64,000 bases of DNA from contig OX597823.1 in assembly GCA_951406725.2 (NCBI GenBank), forward strand, positions 101,556,001 through 101,620,000. Direction: 5' to 3'. Positions 36,770 through 50,700 of the stretch are shown here, piece after piece. Source of the DNA: Octopus vulgaris (Eukaryota). Made by a program: the position numbers and the translations under genes. The notes beneath the pieces were generated by a model. That model was not told the DNA's origin. It saw only the letters and a list, made by a program, of their open reading frames with translations, and did no database searches. Within the stretch, counting starts at the first letter, position 1. The number at the start of each line of letters is the position of its first letter.

Positions 36770-37060
36770 GTGGTGTATGTATGTATGTTTGTATGTATGT
36801 ATGTATGAATGTATGTATGAATATTTGTATGTATGTATGTATGTATGCATGTACGTAAGAATGCATGTATGTATATATGTATGTATGTATGTATGTATGC
36901 ATGTATGTATGAATGCATGTATGTATGTATATATGTATGCATGTATGTATGTATGAATGCATGTATGTATGCATGCATGTACGTAAGGATGCATGTATAT
37001 ATGTATGTATATATGTATGTATGTATGCATGTATGCATGTATGTATGCATGTATGTATTT
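36770..37060. repeat. Degenerate (TATG)n/(CATG) microsatellite
   Basis: Seen directly. Confidence 0.9.
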
Positions 37061-37404
37061 AAATGTATTCGTCAGTGGGTGTATTAGTGCATGTTTGAGT
37101 GTGTGCGCGCATGTATATGTGTATGTCTGTGTGCACACACGTATACGTTACGTATGTACATGTGTGCGGTGTGATTGTGCGCATATTTGTGTGTGCGTCT
37201 GTGTGAGTGTTGAGTGTGTGTTTTAGTGTACGTTTAGGTTTTCTTCTGTCCTCGTGTATGCATATGCGTATGTTTACTGCGTTGGCGTGTTTCGCATATA
37301 TGCTGACGTACATGTGTGTGCGCGTTCGTGTATCTATGCACGTATTGTTATGTGTGTATAGGTGTTTATATATTGTTGTTGTTGCTGTTTTTATATCTGT
37401 GTTT

Positions 37405-37570
37405 TATCTTTTACTTGTTTCAGTCATTACATTGAGGCCATGCTGGGGCACAGCCTTGAAGAATTTCAGTCAAATAAATCGACCTCGGTACTTACTTATT
37501 GAGCATAACTTATTCTATCAATCTCTTTTCGCTAGGTGATGAGGATGTAAACACATCAACACTGGCTGCC
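37405..37570 (-). mobile_element. tRNA-derived SINE, 3' part (family of 18741-19116)
   Basis: cttttacttgtttcagtcatt...ggccatgctggggcac matches 18741-18790. Confidence 0.7.
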
Positions 37571-37669
37571 CTAGATTATAATATTTCAATATGGTCTTTC
37601 TTTTTAAGATGGCAGTGTATAATTTCTGCTATTTCTTGCAGGTCGAGTGATCATAATATATATACATAC

Positions 37670-37716
<47 letters not shown>

Positions 37717-37731
37717 TACATATATACATAT

Positions 37732-37810
<79 letters not shown>

Positions 37811-38132
37811 TTAGAGACAAAACCACTATTTTGCAAAACAAACAAGGAAAGACTTAATCAATACATAAAATTTTAATAAAAAGTCAAAAAAACCGCCTAC
37901 GTTACCAAGGAACTTAACATATGTATAAAAAGTATTCCCGCTCTGGAAACGAACATCTTTTAAAATTATGAATGGAGAAATGGAATAAATGGAATTAAAA
38001 ATAATATTCACGTGGCAATACGAACACCACTCAAAAATTATGAATGAAACAATGCAATAAAACAACAAACATCGTAAATAGACAAATTACCACGAATTCC
38101 CTAAATATATATATATACATACATACATATAT

Positions 38133-38297
38133 ACGACGGGCTCCTTTCAGTTTCCGTCTACCAAATCCAGTCGCGAGGCTTTGGTCGGCCCGAGGCTATA
38201 GTAGAAGACACTCGCCCAAGGTACCACGCAGTAGGACTGAACCCGGAACCATGTGGTTCGTAAGCAAGCTACTTACCACACAGCCACTCCTACGACT
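38133..38297 (-). mobile_element. tRNA-derived SINE, 5' part with uninterrupted head
   Basis: ggactgaacccggaaccatgtggttcgtaagcaagctacttaccacacagccactcct is the empty-site equivalent of the 19102/21339 junctions. Confidence 0.85.
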
Positions 38298-38332
38298 TTA
38301 TATATATATGTATATATATATATATGTATATA

Positions 38333-38428
<96 letters not shown>

Positions 38429-38680
38429 CCTGCTCGCTTAGCCAGCGTCATTTGAAGGCTAAAACAATGCAATTGCATTGTGACCAGCGATGTGTAGCAA
38501 CATCTGATAGCCTGGTCGGTCACGGTGATCACGGTGATATATATATATATACTAAGTATGTGTGTGTAATGTATGTATATTCCACATTGAGTGCATTACC
38601 ATGGCCAGAAAATGAAATAGAGCTGCCATTATTTTTTTCTGTATCCTATCATCTTTCCCTTTTTCCCTTGGTTGTGGCAT

Positions 38681-41464
38681 GAAACTGTTGCTGTGAATAA
38701 AATCGTTTTATTCCGTTAAATTTTTCATCTTCAATATTCGCAGCAGGTGTGTTAGCAAGTTGGTTTTTATTGTAAATGGCTAGCTGCCAGCCATCGACTA
38801 AAGTAAACCTTATTGCACCTGGACCGGAAGTAGCAATAATTATTTCATAGCCTTCACTGGCATTTCAAAGATTTTCGTCTTTCTGGATATTTAAGCGACG
38901 AGGAATTTGAATGTTGAGTCCGTAATTTCTACTTCGATAAGCTGATCGGAGCAGTTCTGTCTCTCACATCCTTGTGGAACCCGACTTCTCTGTAAATCAC
39001 TATCCCCAGTTATCACCAAAATATCTATTAACAGAACCAAAATTTGCTGCGGTAGGATTCTTTAAAAAGCTGACATCATGACAATCATCAGTGGATCTAT
39101 CTTCAATGGAATCAGAATTTGATCGATTTTCGGTTGAAATCGTCATGTCTTAACATTTTCTGTGATAGTCATAACCTTCTTTTTGATAAATGAAGTTTGT
39201 CCAGAGTGAGAAAAGATTTCTGGAGAAGCAAGCAACGGTTTATTACAGAGCGAAAGTTCAGTTAAAATAGTAGCTCCCGAAGCATCGGTTTCAACGTCTA
39301 GTGGGTCTCAAATAAAAGAGAAGGTGATCGAGAAACACCGATAATTTAAATATTAAGCTGATGAATAACATCTAGGTATCTTATTTGCATTTTGAAAGTA
39401 GGATTTAATAAGGTTTGAATTAGTTGCATAGAAAGGACACGGCATTTAAAGTTGTAACTAAATAAATCTAAAAACGTTAGTAGTCGTTGTAGCTTAGCAT
39501 CGTTACGAGTCGAGTAATCAAGTTCAGAGGTTCCGATTTTTCTGGAACAGGTTACAGAGAATTACTTAAAATTTTATATCTAAGTAACAAATAGATGTTT
39601 ACTTGAACAGATATCTGTCGTTGTTCAACGTAATGTTGAGTCTCTTAGAAATCCAAGTAAACCTAACTAAATCCTTCTTGTGCTCTCCAGTAGTTTTGCC
39701 TATGTCAATGACAACATCGACGAGATAGGTATGAACTCGTTTATTATCATTGTCAGTAATTATTCAATCCGTCAGTTTTGAGAAGCGCTTACGGCCCTCT
39801 AAACTGGAATAAGCATCCATTAGTTTGAAATGTAATGTATCTATTAACGTTATTGTGGATCTGGTGGTATGCGGCTTTCTGATCCGATGTGCTGAAGAAG
39901 TATTAAATAAAATCCTTGAGACTTTCAACGTTAGGAAGTGAACAGGCATCTAGAAAACAGTAACGATTTGTTTTGTAAATAATTGTTACGTTATTTACAG
40001 TTATTATTTGTGATTGCCATGGACAGGCTGAGGACTCGATAACACCATCATCAAGAAACTACTTAGCACCTGTCTTAATATACATTTCACAAACAGAGGA
40101 GAAAACGTTAAGGGTTAGTAGCAATTGGTTTCAAAATGTTGTATAGAGGGGGAAATACGAGGCGGGCTGTCACCAACAAATCGGGCAATAGTATGACTTT
40201 CTAATGAACATTCGAGTTTAAATATATCAGAGTTGTGTCGTTTAAGAAAATCATGTCCCAGTGTAACAGATGATGTGAGGTTTGGCTAAACATTTAAATG
40301 CAGCTTTTCATATAAAAACTTGCATAAAGAGATGTTTGGAATATAGAAAAAATTAAAAGATAGTCTGGATTAAATTGTCGGGCTATTTTGAAGACATTGC
40401 TGATGTCTTGAAAGTAAGGTATTCCGGCAAAATCTATAAAACTGACGGCGTTATTCGAATCGAGTAATGCATACGTTGATATCAACGGTGATAATACTTT
40501 TTTTCTAAGTTCAATCCCCTGATGTGTACTTGTTGTAAGGACTTAGAAGATGAAATTATAGCTTCTTTTGATCGATATGCCTCGTGAAAAAAAGTGTCCA
40601 ATATTTTCAGTCGTAGAAAGTTTCGTTGTTTGCTGGACAAGCAGAGGGGGTAATTGTAAAGGTCAACATAAAAGTAGTATCTTCTTTTATAGGTTCATTC
40701 GTTCATGATAACGCCAGTATACTCATTACTAGGGGAATCGGGCTCTATTTTTGTTTTACTTCCAGATAGCGCATCAAGAGTGAAAAGAGAGAAGAAAGAT
40801 CGCTAGTAAATGTCTGAATTTCTTTAATAGATTCAAGAGGGCGCACTTCAGTGGCTATCTGTTCCGAAAACTGTTAGAAAAGATCCCGTCTGATGCTTTT
40901 CTTTCGATATAAAACCGCAGATACAACCCGAAATTCACATTGTCTGATGGGGCCGCGTACAACTGTGACATCAGGTTCACTGTCTTCGCTTATTTGTTGT
41001 TCCAATCTGCAAAACATGGTATTCTCTTATTTACTGAAGACACCAATGCGGTAAATGGAAGGCGAGATTAAATTAACGAGCAAAAAGAATTTTGCTCTTC
41101 TAAAGGATCTCAAAAATCAGCAAGAAAATTTAGGAATGCAGTTTCTTTAATGAAGTGCTATCAACTTGAAGAAAACGTTCGTTTGTTATAGCCGTATTTC
41201 ATTGCGGAAAGACATGTGCCAGAAAACTTGGCTGAACTGTAATTAATTGTATCTACGATTTAGTTAAATATCGTGCTGTGAAAAGAAACAGTTTGTGTGA
41301 ATCAAACTATTTTATTCGGCTAAAATATTCAAGTATTCGAAGTAAAATTGTAAACGTGTCCATTTTATTGTACATGGCAAACTGGCTGGCTGCCAGACTT
41401 CAACCTAAGTCTGACACAAGGTAATTGGACCGGAAGTAGTGATAATGATTTCTTAGCACTCCCT
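38681..41464 (-). mobile_element. Ancient, internally deleted Ty3/Gypsy LTR retrotransposon
   Basis: Diverged direct repeats of about 180 bp at 38681-38858 and 41285-41464 (shared tggaccggaagtag); minus strand relics in order protease ALLDSN..VSFID (about 40450), RT DDGVIESSACPW, TNRYCFLDACSLPNVE, HTYLVDVVI (about 39720), RNase H VETDASG (about 39285). Confidence 0.75.
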
Positions 41465-41859
41465 ATCCTATCTATTCATCATAACCAATCAACAAGAAAT
41501 GCAAAACCATTGTTTTTGTTATGTTAACTGGCTTGCTTGATTGAGTGCCCGCTCTAGTAAACTGGTTCCGCTGAAATCTTACTGAAATTAGGAAGAATTT
41601 AATTGATGGTTAATTAGGACTGTCGAAGATACTTTGATTGTTTTCGAGAATTGTTTTAAATATTATTTATTTATAACATGATTTCTCGGAGGAGGGTAGC
41701 TAGCAATATCACTAACCTCTTTCAAACTATCCGAGGCGGGTGGAGGGAAATGAAGTATGTAATTTTCAGACTGGAGCCCTTGGACTGGAATGTTTTGAAG
41801 GATATGTAGTATTAAACCGGATGCTGGATTAAGTATACGACTCAAGAACACAGACGGTC

Positions 41860-42022
41860 TTTCAAACAGGCTTCCACACAAATTCCGTCTACGAAATTTC
41901 AATCAAAACGCTTTGGCCGACTCGGAGTCATGACAGAAGACACTTGCTTAAAATGCTGCACTGTCGGATTAAACCAAACTACATAAAGCGAAACGAACTT
42001 CTTAACCACACAGCCATGCCTG
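41860..42022 (-). mobile_element. Degenerate tRNA-derived SINE head (family of 38133-38297)
   Basis: ttccgtctacgaaatttcaatcaaaacgctttggccgac...agaagacacttgc...ttaaccacacagccatgcctg. Confidence 0.6.
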
Positions 42023-42257
42023 TTTTGGCAAATGATTTGACCCAAGAGGGTTTGTAGAAACTGGAATAATTGCACCATGGAGAAGTCAAGGCAGCCATTT
42101 TTAAATGCATATATGTCTACAAACCAGTGAGAAAGTCTCTACACACTTACTCCAACTGACAGAAAAAGTAGCCGAGTCTCCAGCTAATCACATCTACCAT
42201 CTTATTGAATTCAGTAGAAAGTGTCACATATTTTCGCACTGCTTCAGTAACTTGGTC

Positions 42258-42730
42258 AGTATATAAAAGATGGGTTACAGCAAATATTCTGCTCAATACC
42301 ACAGATTTGCTTGTCAGTTGTTTGACCATAACCAGTTGAGCATGTCCCTTAGTGGCTGACGATGTGTGCATCTCTGATCACGAGCAGAAGTAGTGGGGGA
42401 GCATCATAGACATGTGTTGAGAGGGATTCTTTGGGTTTTGAATAATTCACCTCTGGAAACATGGGTGGTTCTTTCAACATCCTTAAACAACCCTTATTCA
42501 GGGACCTTTTGAGCGGGATGGGCTACTCAACCTGAAGAAATTTCTAACTGGGCCCCACCTGCAAGGTCATGTGCTGTTTATCTTGATATAAGATCACCAT
42601 GTCGCGCACATATGGTTGTGACGCATGTGCCTGGTGTACCCTTATCAGACGGGTAGTCATGATGGGTATATTGGGCTTCGTATATTTTACCCCAGTGTCA
42701 CTTTGATGGCATGAACTGCTCTCTCACTCA
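42258..42730 (+). mobile_element. Unclassified young interspersed repeat ending in (TAA)n, probably a LINE 3'UTR
   Basis: About 330 bp nearly identical to 59781-60110; ends ctgctctctcactc followed by (AAT)n to 42843. Confidence 0.65.
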
Positions 42731-42753
42731 ATAATGATAATAATAATAATAAC

Positions 42754-42843
<90 letters not shown>

Positions 42844-43338
42844 TCATCAGCCACGCTTTGCTTTCGTTTTCCTTTTAGTAAAAAAATAAAACGACTGCTA
42901 GTTGCTCCGTCAGCCCTATTCAAAATTTAGATATAAAAACATGTTATATTAAGAATCATTAGTATAACGAGAAAAAATGAAATAGAACACAAACATGAGT
43001 TATATATATATGTAAAATAAAGTGAATGCAGCTTCGAATGAGTGAGATGAAAAATTAAATGTTATAAAGTTACACTTGTCTACAGTAGTTACACAGCAAT
43101 TTCTTCCAGATATGGACGAATATAATTATAACTGTCGTACAGAATTCAAACAAACACTCACCGACTCACCGAACATGTAAAGAAAATGTTCTCTTTGTTA
43201 TCGTTCGTTAACCTTTTCGCTTACTGTTGGGTCAATTTTTTTTTCCTTCTGGTAGAATGGTAATGGTAAATATCGATCATAAATCAATTTGTTTAATCTC
43301 CTTTTATGGTTACGTACTTACTCCTATCTTCGTGTGTA

Positions 43339-43383
<45 letters not shown>

Positions 43384-43384
<1 letters not shown>

Positions 43385-43989
43385 GCTATTTTTATCATAC
43401 TTGTGGCTATGGCGAAAGAATGTATCTGGTGGACGCGCCTGAAAGGATTAGAGACAAACACTTTCCTCTCTGGTCAATCTCTCATCAACTTCTTCAAGTA
43501 TCACTTGAAGAGGAAAGTGAGAGTAGAGAGGCAAGTTTTGTCTAGTGAATGTTTTAAAAAAAGATGGGTGAATGTAGCAAGGATGGCACGTATGAATGAC
43601 GAAGCCACCTTGACTATGATTCTATGAACCATAAAAATTAATACAGAGAGTTGCTTATTTGCAAAAAAAAAAAAAGAAATATAACATGTGACTTCATTGA
43701 CCGAGGTTACCGTGGTCTTTTCCGTAGGCTTTTCTTTCCACGGGTAAACCTCACCTGTCCTCCCCTTTACACTTCATATTGACATTTCTGTGATAACGAT
43801 CCCTATTATTCACTTTTTTTTCTCTCCCCCCCTTTTTTTAACCCCTCCCCTTTTTTTGTCCTTTTTCTTTCCTTTTACGATCCCTTTTGATCGAAAACCA
43901 CCACTCTCCTTTTTTTACCCCCAAAAGAAAAGCTCTACCTTGTAATTTGTTCTATCTGTGTGCAGCCCTGTGTGGCTAATAAAGAAACA
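43384..43989 (+). mobile_element. 5'-truncated Tx1-like LINE, copy C
   Basis: AIFIILVAMAKECIWWTRLKGL...KKRWVNVARM as in copy B; 3'UTR ending AATAAAGAAACA; (TATC)n on both sides. Confidence 0.9.
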
Positions 43990-44032
43990 TATCTATCTAT
44001 CTATCCATCCATCCATCCATCTATCTATCTAA

Positions 44033-44129
<97 letters not shown>

Positions 44130-44138
44130 CATCCATCC

Positions 44139-44230
<92 letters not shown>

Positions 44231-44648
44231 CTTTTGATAGTATTCGTTGACAGATCGACTCGTAAGTTAACTACTTATTTTATTGTGTTTCTCGAAAAGT
44301 TTCGTTGTAAATTTTGCACACGGAGTGTGTAAGACACCCAGCTGTCGTCTGGGTGTGTTTTCCGGGGGGATTATGCCCCTAGGGGCATTTTCAGCCTCAA
44401 ATATATTTCACAATTTTGGCTGCAATAACTTGTTTTTTTAACATAATGTCGGCGAAGCGTTTCTAGTAAATTACGAGCGCTGTTCTCTTTCTTCTCGTTT
44501 GTATCCATTGTTTACGTTCCACATTGTCGTAGTGTTGTGACTTTCCAAACGCTCAACTTTCGTTTGAGCCTGTGTTAAATATAGAAATCGCCCATAAGGG
44601 CATTTTCAATCTATTTTTATTTTTTTCTCTTGAAACAAAGAAATAATA

Positions 44649-47600
44649 ATGTCAAGAAATCTTATAGTGGAAAAATATTCTGCTATGTTTTCTGAAGAAA
44701 ACTTTCCCAGTTTGCAAAATACAATCGACAAACGCGCTGACAGTAAAATGGATAATACTCAAACCACCACCACCACCACCACCACCACGTCATCCACTAC
44801 CTCAACTACCAACAACAACAACAATGACAACAAGAATAACAACAATTGCGACACCATTTCGATATCTGCTGCCTCGGCTGTCTCTTCTGCCACTGACACC
44901 ACCACCAACAACAAAAACAACAACAACAACTCCGTTCAGACCTGTTTTACTCCAACAACAAAAACTGAAGTAAATAAACAAAAAACTGTAACCACCAAAC
45001 AAATTGACAAAAGCTACCCGACTACAGGGATAAATTATGAAAATAATTTTCCACCCCTTCCTACTTGCACAATCGAACCAAACACCAATTTTACAAACTG
45101 CAGCCAACAACAACATCACCACCAGCAACAACAATAACAAAACAACAACAAATTTCGCTGAGGCGATTAAAGAAAAAAAAAACAACAATATATTTTACGG
45201 CTCAACAAATACAGGACACGAACATTACAATAACAGAATTAGATGGTATAGTGAAGATAAACATACCAGAAGAAATATTGGAAGATGAAAAAAAAAGAAC
45301 AATTATTTATAAAATAATTAATAAGAAAACAAAAAGCCCAGAGAAGGCTACCACAAGCAAAATAGAAAAATGCTTGAAACCCATCTGGAACTACAAAGAC
45401 TATGTAACCTGGTGGAACAAGTTCGCCCACATACAAGTGGTTTTCCACACCGAAGAGTTAGCTAGACGTTTCTCAACGCTAACTCTTCATTCAGATGAAC
45501 TCCAACTTACACCAAGCTATCGGGGACAGAAAGTGACTAAGATCACTTTAAACAATGTCCCCAAAATAGCTAATAATCTATGGCTTGTAAAGGCCTTATG
45601 TGTAAAAATGACAAATTTTACTATTTTAGAAACCACGGTCACGGAGCATAAAAATAAAAACTCGACAAACGCGCTGACAGTGAAATGGATAATACTCAAA
45701 CCACCACCACCACCACCACCACCACCACCACCACCACCACCACCACCACCACTACCACCACCACGTCATCCACTACCTCAACTACCAACAACAACAACAA
45801 TGACAACAAGAATAACAACAATTGCGACACCATTTCGATATCTGCTGCCTCGGCTGTCTCTTCTGCCACTGACACCACCACCAACAACAAAAACAACAAC
45901 AACAACTCCGTTCAGACCTGTTTTACTCCAACAACAAAAACTGAAGTAAATAAACAAAAAACTGTAACCACCAAACAAATTGACAAAAGCTACCCGACTA
46001 CAGGGATAAATTATGAAAATAATTTTCCACCCCTTCCTACTTGCACAATCGAACCAAACACCAATTTTACAAACTGCAGCCAACAACAACATCACCACCA
46101 GCAACAACAATAACAAAACAACAACAAATTTCGCTGAGGCGATTAAAGAAAAAAAAAACAACAATATATTTTACGGCTCAACAAATACAGGACACGAACA
46201 TTACAATAACAGAATTAGATGGTATAGTGAAGATAAACATACCAGAAGAAATATTGGAAGATGAAAAAAAAAGAACAATTATTTATAAAATAATTAATAA
46301 GAAAACAAAAAGCCCAGAGAAGGCTACCACAAGCAAAATAGAAAAATGCTTGAAACCCATCTGGAACTACAAAGACTATGTAACCTGGTGGAACAAGTTC
46401 GCCCACATACAAGTGGTTTTCCACACCGAAGAGTTAGCTAGACGTTTCTCAACGCTAACTCTTCATTCAGATGAACTCCAACTTACACCAAGCTATCGGG
46501 GACAGAAAGTGACTAAGATCACTTTAAACAATGTCCCCAAAATAGCTAATAATCTATGGCTTGTAAAGGCCTTATGTGTAAAAATGACAAATTTTACTAT
46601 TTTAGAAACCACGGTCACGGAGCATAAAAACTGGGTGGGAAAAAAAGTAGAATTTCTTCTACATATACATCAAGAAGACATAAAAAAAATACCCACCCAG
46701 ATATGTGTATCAGACGATCACAAGTTGTATGTGGTCGTCGATGGCAGAAGACCACGTTGCTACATATGCGGCAGTGAGCAACACCTAAAAAAAGACTGCA
46801 AATCTGCCGCAAGAAAACAACAGCAACAACAATAGCAGCCGGAAAAAACCCCCAGATAAACCAGGTTTACTACCCACACCACGTTTTGCAGGAACAAATC
46901 TCACCAACCAAACAACCACACCAACTGCAGCACCAAGAACAGAAGCAACATCACCAACAACAACAACCAAGAATAAACCAACTCCCAAACCAAGGACATC
47001 TGCCAAAAAGACACTCAGAGAAAATGAAGAAACAATTACAACTCCAAATCCCCACAAAATTGAAACCCCAAACAACACAAAATACCCACACCCCACCTCC
47101 AAAGCCGCATACACCACAACCAAACGCTCACCAACCAACACCAACAACAAAATCAACACAGTCGACAATAGACCCCAATATTTTCCCTCTTCAGGCTCTG
47201 ATTCCTCTGATTTGTCATTAGACGAAGAAGACACGGAAGATTGGCAAATAGCCACAGGGGGGGAGAAGAAAAAGGGGAAAAAAAGAAAAGAAAAAATAAC
47301 ATATAAAGCAGGAAGATACACCACTCCCGAAACAAAAACATCCACAGAAAACAAACACATCAACACAAACACACCATCATCAAACCCCCCAACAATGTTG
47401 ACAGCCATAAACACAAACAACCACGACCTAATGGAACACATTAGGTCAAACACCAACATAACTGAAAACGACATAAAAACAAGTAACCATCCACACACAA
47501 CACCACCACAACACATTAAAATAATACACGTAACACAGAACACATACAGCACCCTGAAATCTCTTTACCCTGATGCAGTAGGGATAGTTCAAAAGTATTC

Positions 47601-47676
47601 ATCGAAAAAACTGTACAAAAGCCTCATAGAAGAAGACCGTGAGGTGAAAGACAAAGGACTTTCGAACAACAAGTAA
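44649..47676 (+). pseudogene. Tx1 ORF1 of copy D, partly duplicated and frameshifted
   Basis: MSRNLIVE..., CYICGSEQHLKKDC, WQIATGGEKKK, C-terminal HPHTTPPQHIKI domain. Confidence 0.85.
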
Positions 47677-47742
47677 CCTTTTCTCTCTCTCTTTCCTTTT
47701 TTGCACTTTCTTTTCGTGTGTAAAACACAATTTTATCGGAAC

Positions 47743-50700
47743 ATGCTCAGAATAGGCAGTATAAATGTACGTGGTTTGGGGTCGCCTTGGAAACAAGGCT
47801 ACCTGTTAAATGACATCAAATAACTAAATCTGAATATCATAGCCATCAGTGAGACCAGACTCCACAGCTTGCGGGCACCCCAGCACATTTTCGGTACACA
47901 TTTCAACATTTATTTTTCTCCGTGTCTACCGAGAATGGGCGGAGGTGGCACCGCGGTGCTTATCCGGAAGAGTCTGGATCTCAAAGTAAGAGCAAATTTC
48001 CTAGACCCGGAGGGTAGGCTGGTCGTTTTGGATATCGATGGCAGCAATGAGTGTGCTTTTCGACTGATAGCAGTTTATGCTCCGTCCTTAACAGGCCGAC
48101 CAGATTTCTTTCGACGTCTAGAGTCTTTCATGGGAACGTCTCGTCCTTTACTTTTAGTGGGGGGTTGGAATGCCACCATGGACACGCATCTAGACTACGT
48201 GGGCAGAGATAGCAATAGAAGAGGATGCAAATGCCTCAAAGACCTGCTCAGACGTTTCCAACTGTCTGACAGATACCGACTGGACCACCCGAATGTGCCA
48301 ATGTGGACATGGAGTAACCGTATCGGATCGTCCAGATCATACTTAGATAGAGTATTCTGTAGGACAATAGATAAAAATAGTGTAGGTTGTCCACAATTTC
48401 ATATAGTCAGTTACACAGATCACAAGTTTGTGACTTGTACACTTGACTTAGATAAGACACATAGGCAGGGTCCTGGTTACTGGAAACTGAACGCGTCTTT
48501 TACAGCACGACAGGTTTACAGGGACCGGATCAGCACATTAGTTAAGAGAGCTTTGACGGGTACCATCATCAACAACAGATGGTGGTATGCCCCAAAAAAA
48601 GCAATTAAAGCAGAATCAGTCAGATACAGTAGAGCCCTAGCATTAGACCGAAATAGAATAGAGGGAGAATTAGTTAAGGTTTTAGAAGAGGCACTTAGAA
48701 CTGGCATCGCGTCCAACGTGCTGGCGGCGAGATTGGCCCTCGACCAACACCTCAACGCCAAACACGAGGGATGCGTTGTCAGAGCTAGGATGCGTGCTCT
48801 GAGGAACGAAGGAGTTGGAGCCGCCCAAGAGGCCCGAGTGGTGGAGACGCAACGAGGCAACAGAGCCACCATCAATTCTCTTATAGATGAACAGGGGCGC
48901 GAATTGCTCGAGCCTAAAAGGATGTGTGGGGCTTTTCAACAACACTTCACCAAACTGTTTGGGACAAGTGGTGGGTCAGAACGCAGAGTGGACTTTAGTG
49001 TCTACCTGCATGCCTTGCCACGACTCTCAGCAAGAGAGGTGGAGTCTTGTGAAAGGCCTATCACAACTGCGGACGTACAGGATGCGATGGGGGGCTGCGC
49101 GAGAGACAAGTCACCAGGCTTGGATGGTCTGCCCTACGAACTTTATTGTCATATGCCAGATTGTTTGGAGGCGTCTTGGCAGCTGTCTACTGCAACTGGC
49201 AGCAAAACGGGAGTATTCTTGCTTTTGTAAAGCGAGGAGCAGTGGTACTGATTAAGAAAGACCCAAACAAGGGAGACGTCATAGATAATTTCAGGCCCAT
49301 TACACTCTGCTCAACGCAGATTTGAAAATTTTGGCCAAGGTGTTAGCCGAGAGGTTGGCGCTTGTCATCAAGAAACTAATCGACAAGGCGCAAACATGCG
49401 CCGTGCCGGGTAGAAGTATTCATGACAACCTCCATCTGATGCGCTACATCATAGACAGGGTAGTTAAGAATCCTGGCATGGGTGGGGCGCTGATCAATTT
49501 GGATCAATCAAAAGCTTTCGATAGGGTAGACCATCACTACTTGGAGGCTGTCCATAAAGCGGCTGGTTTCGGTCCAGTTTTCCGCTCAGTAGTTCGCGTA
49601 AATGGTCATCTATCCAGATCTTTTAACATCATGCGTTCGGTTCGTCAGGGATGCCCCCTCTCATCGCTGTTGTATGTATTCACTCTTGAGCCACTACTGC
49701 GGAAACTGGCGACACTGAGGGGCATCCCACGAGAGCTGGGATGCGGGAGGAGCGTGTCTGCATACGCGGATGACGTCGCCGTCATAGTGTCGAGCTACAA
49801 GCACATCGAGCTACAAGCACATCGAGCTGGTCGGCGAGACACTAAAAGAATACGAAGTGGTAACGGGAGCAAAAATTAACCGGGAAAAGTCAGTGGGCTT
49901 GCGGCTCGGCACCTGGAGAAGCAGGCCCATGCCGTCCAACAGCGTCTCCATCGTGGGACGCTGGACGGACGGACCGGTTAAATTGCTCGGGGTCTGGTTC
50001 GGTCCGGACCTCCAAATGGAGAAGAACTGGGGTGAGATAACGACTAGGGTGGCTACTCTCACCCAGAAATGGGCTGAGAGAAAGCTATCCCTAAAAGGTC
50101 GGGCGGAGGTGGCGAACGCGTACATCGCATCCGTCATCGAGTATCGTCTGACCGTCGTGCCTTGTCCCGACCCTACCATCACCAAACTGGAACGTATACT
50201 CTTCCGCTTCCTGTGGAAGGGAAACGTTCCGATGGTTAGGCGATCCATTTGCTGTCAACACCCGCTAAATGGAGGGCTGGGCATGCCGTGGTTGATGATG
50301 CGCAGACATGCGCTGAGACTGCGATATCTCCGGCGCTTCATAGACAATGGTGAACAGGTGTGGTCGCCTTTTGTGCGGCTCGCTTTCCCGCAGCTCGTCT
50401 CCTTGGACGAACTACAGTCATGGATCAAGCAGAGACCGAGGCTAGGCGAATGGCACCGCGAGTGCCGCGTTGCTCTCAAGCAACTCTGCCGTCCGGGATC
50501 GAACTTGTGCGACTCCATCACAACAAAGGCATTCTATAGAGGATTAGTGGAGGGGAGGTGCGACGACGAACTCGGGCAGAGTCTGGGCGTCGACGAGGAA
50601 CACCTGACCCGCCTGTTCAGGACAACTTTCGGCCCGGGACCTATGAACAATCACCAAAGATCCCTGGCCTGGCAGTGCTATCGAGAAGCATTACCTGTTC

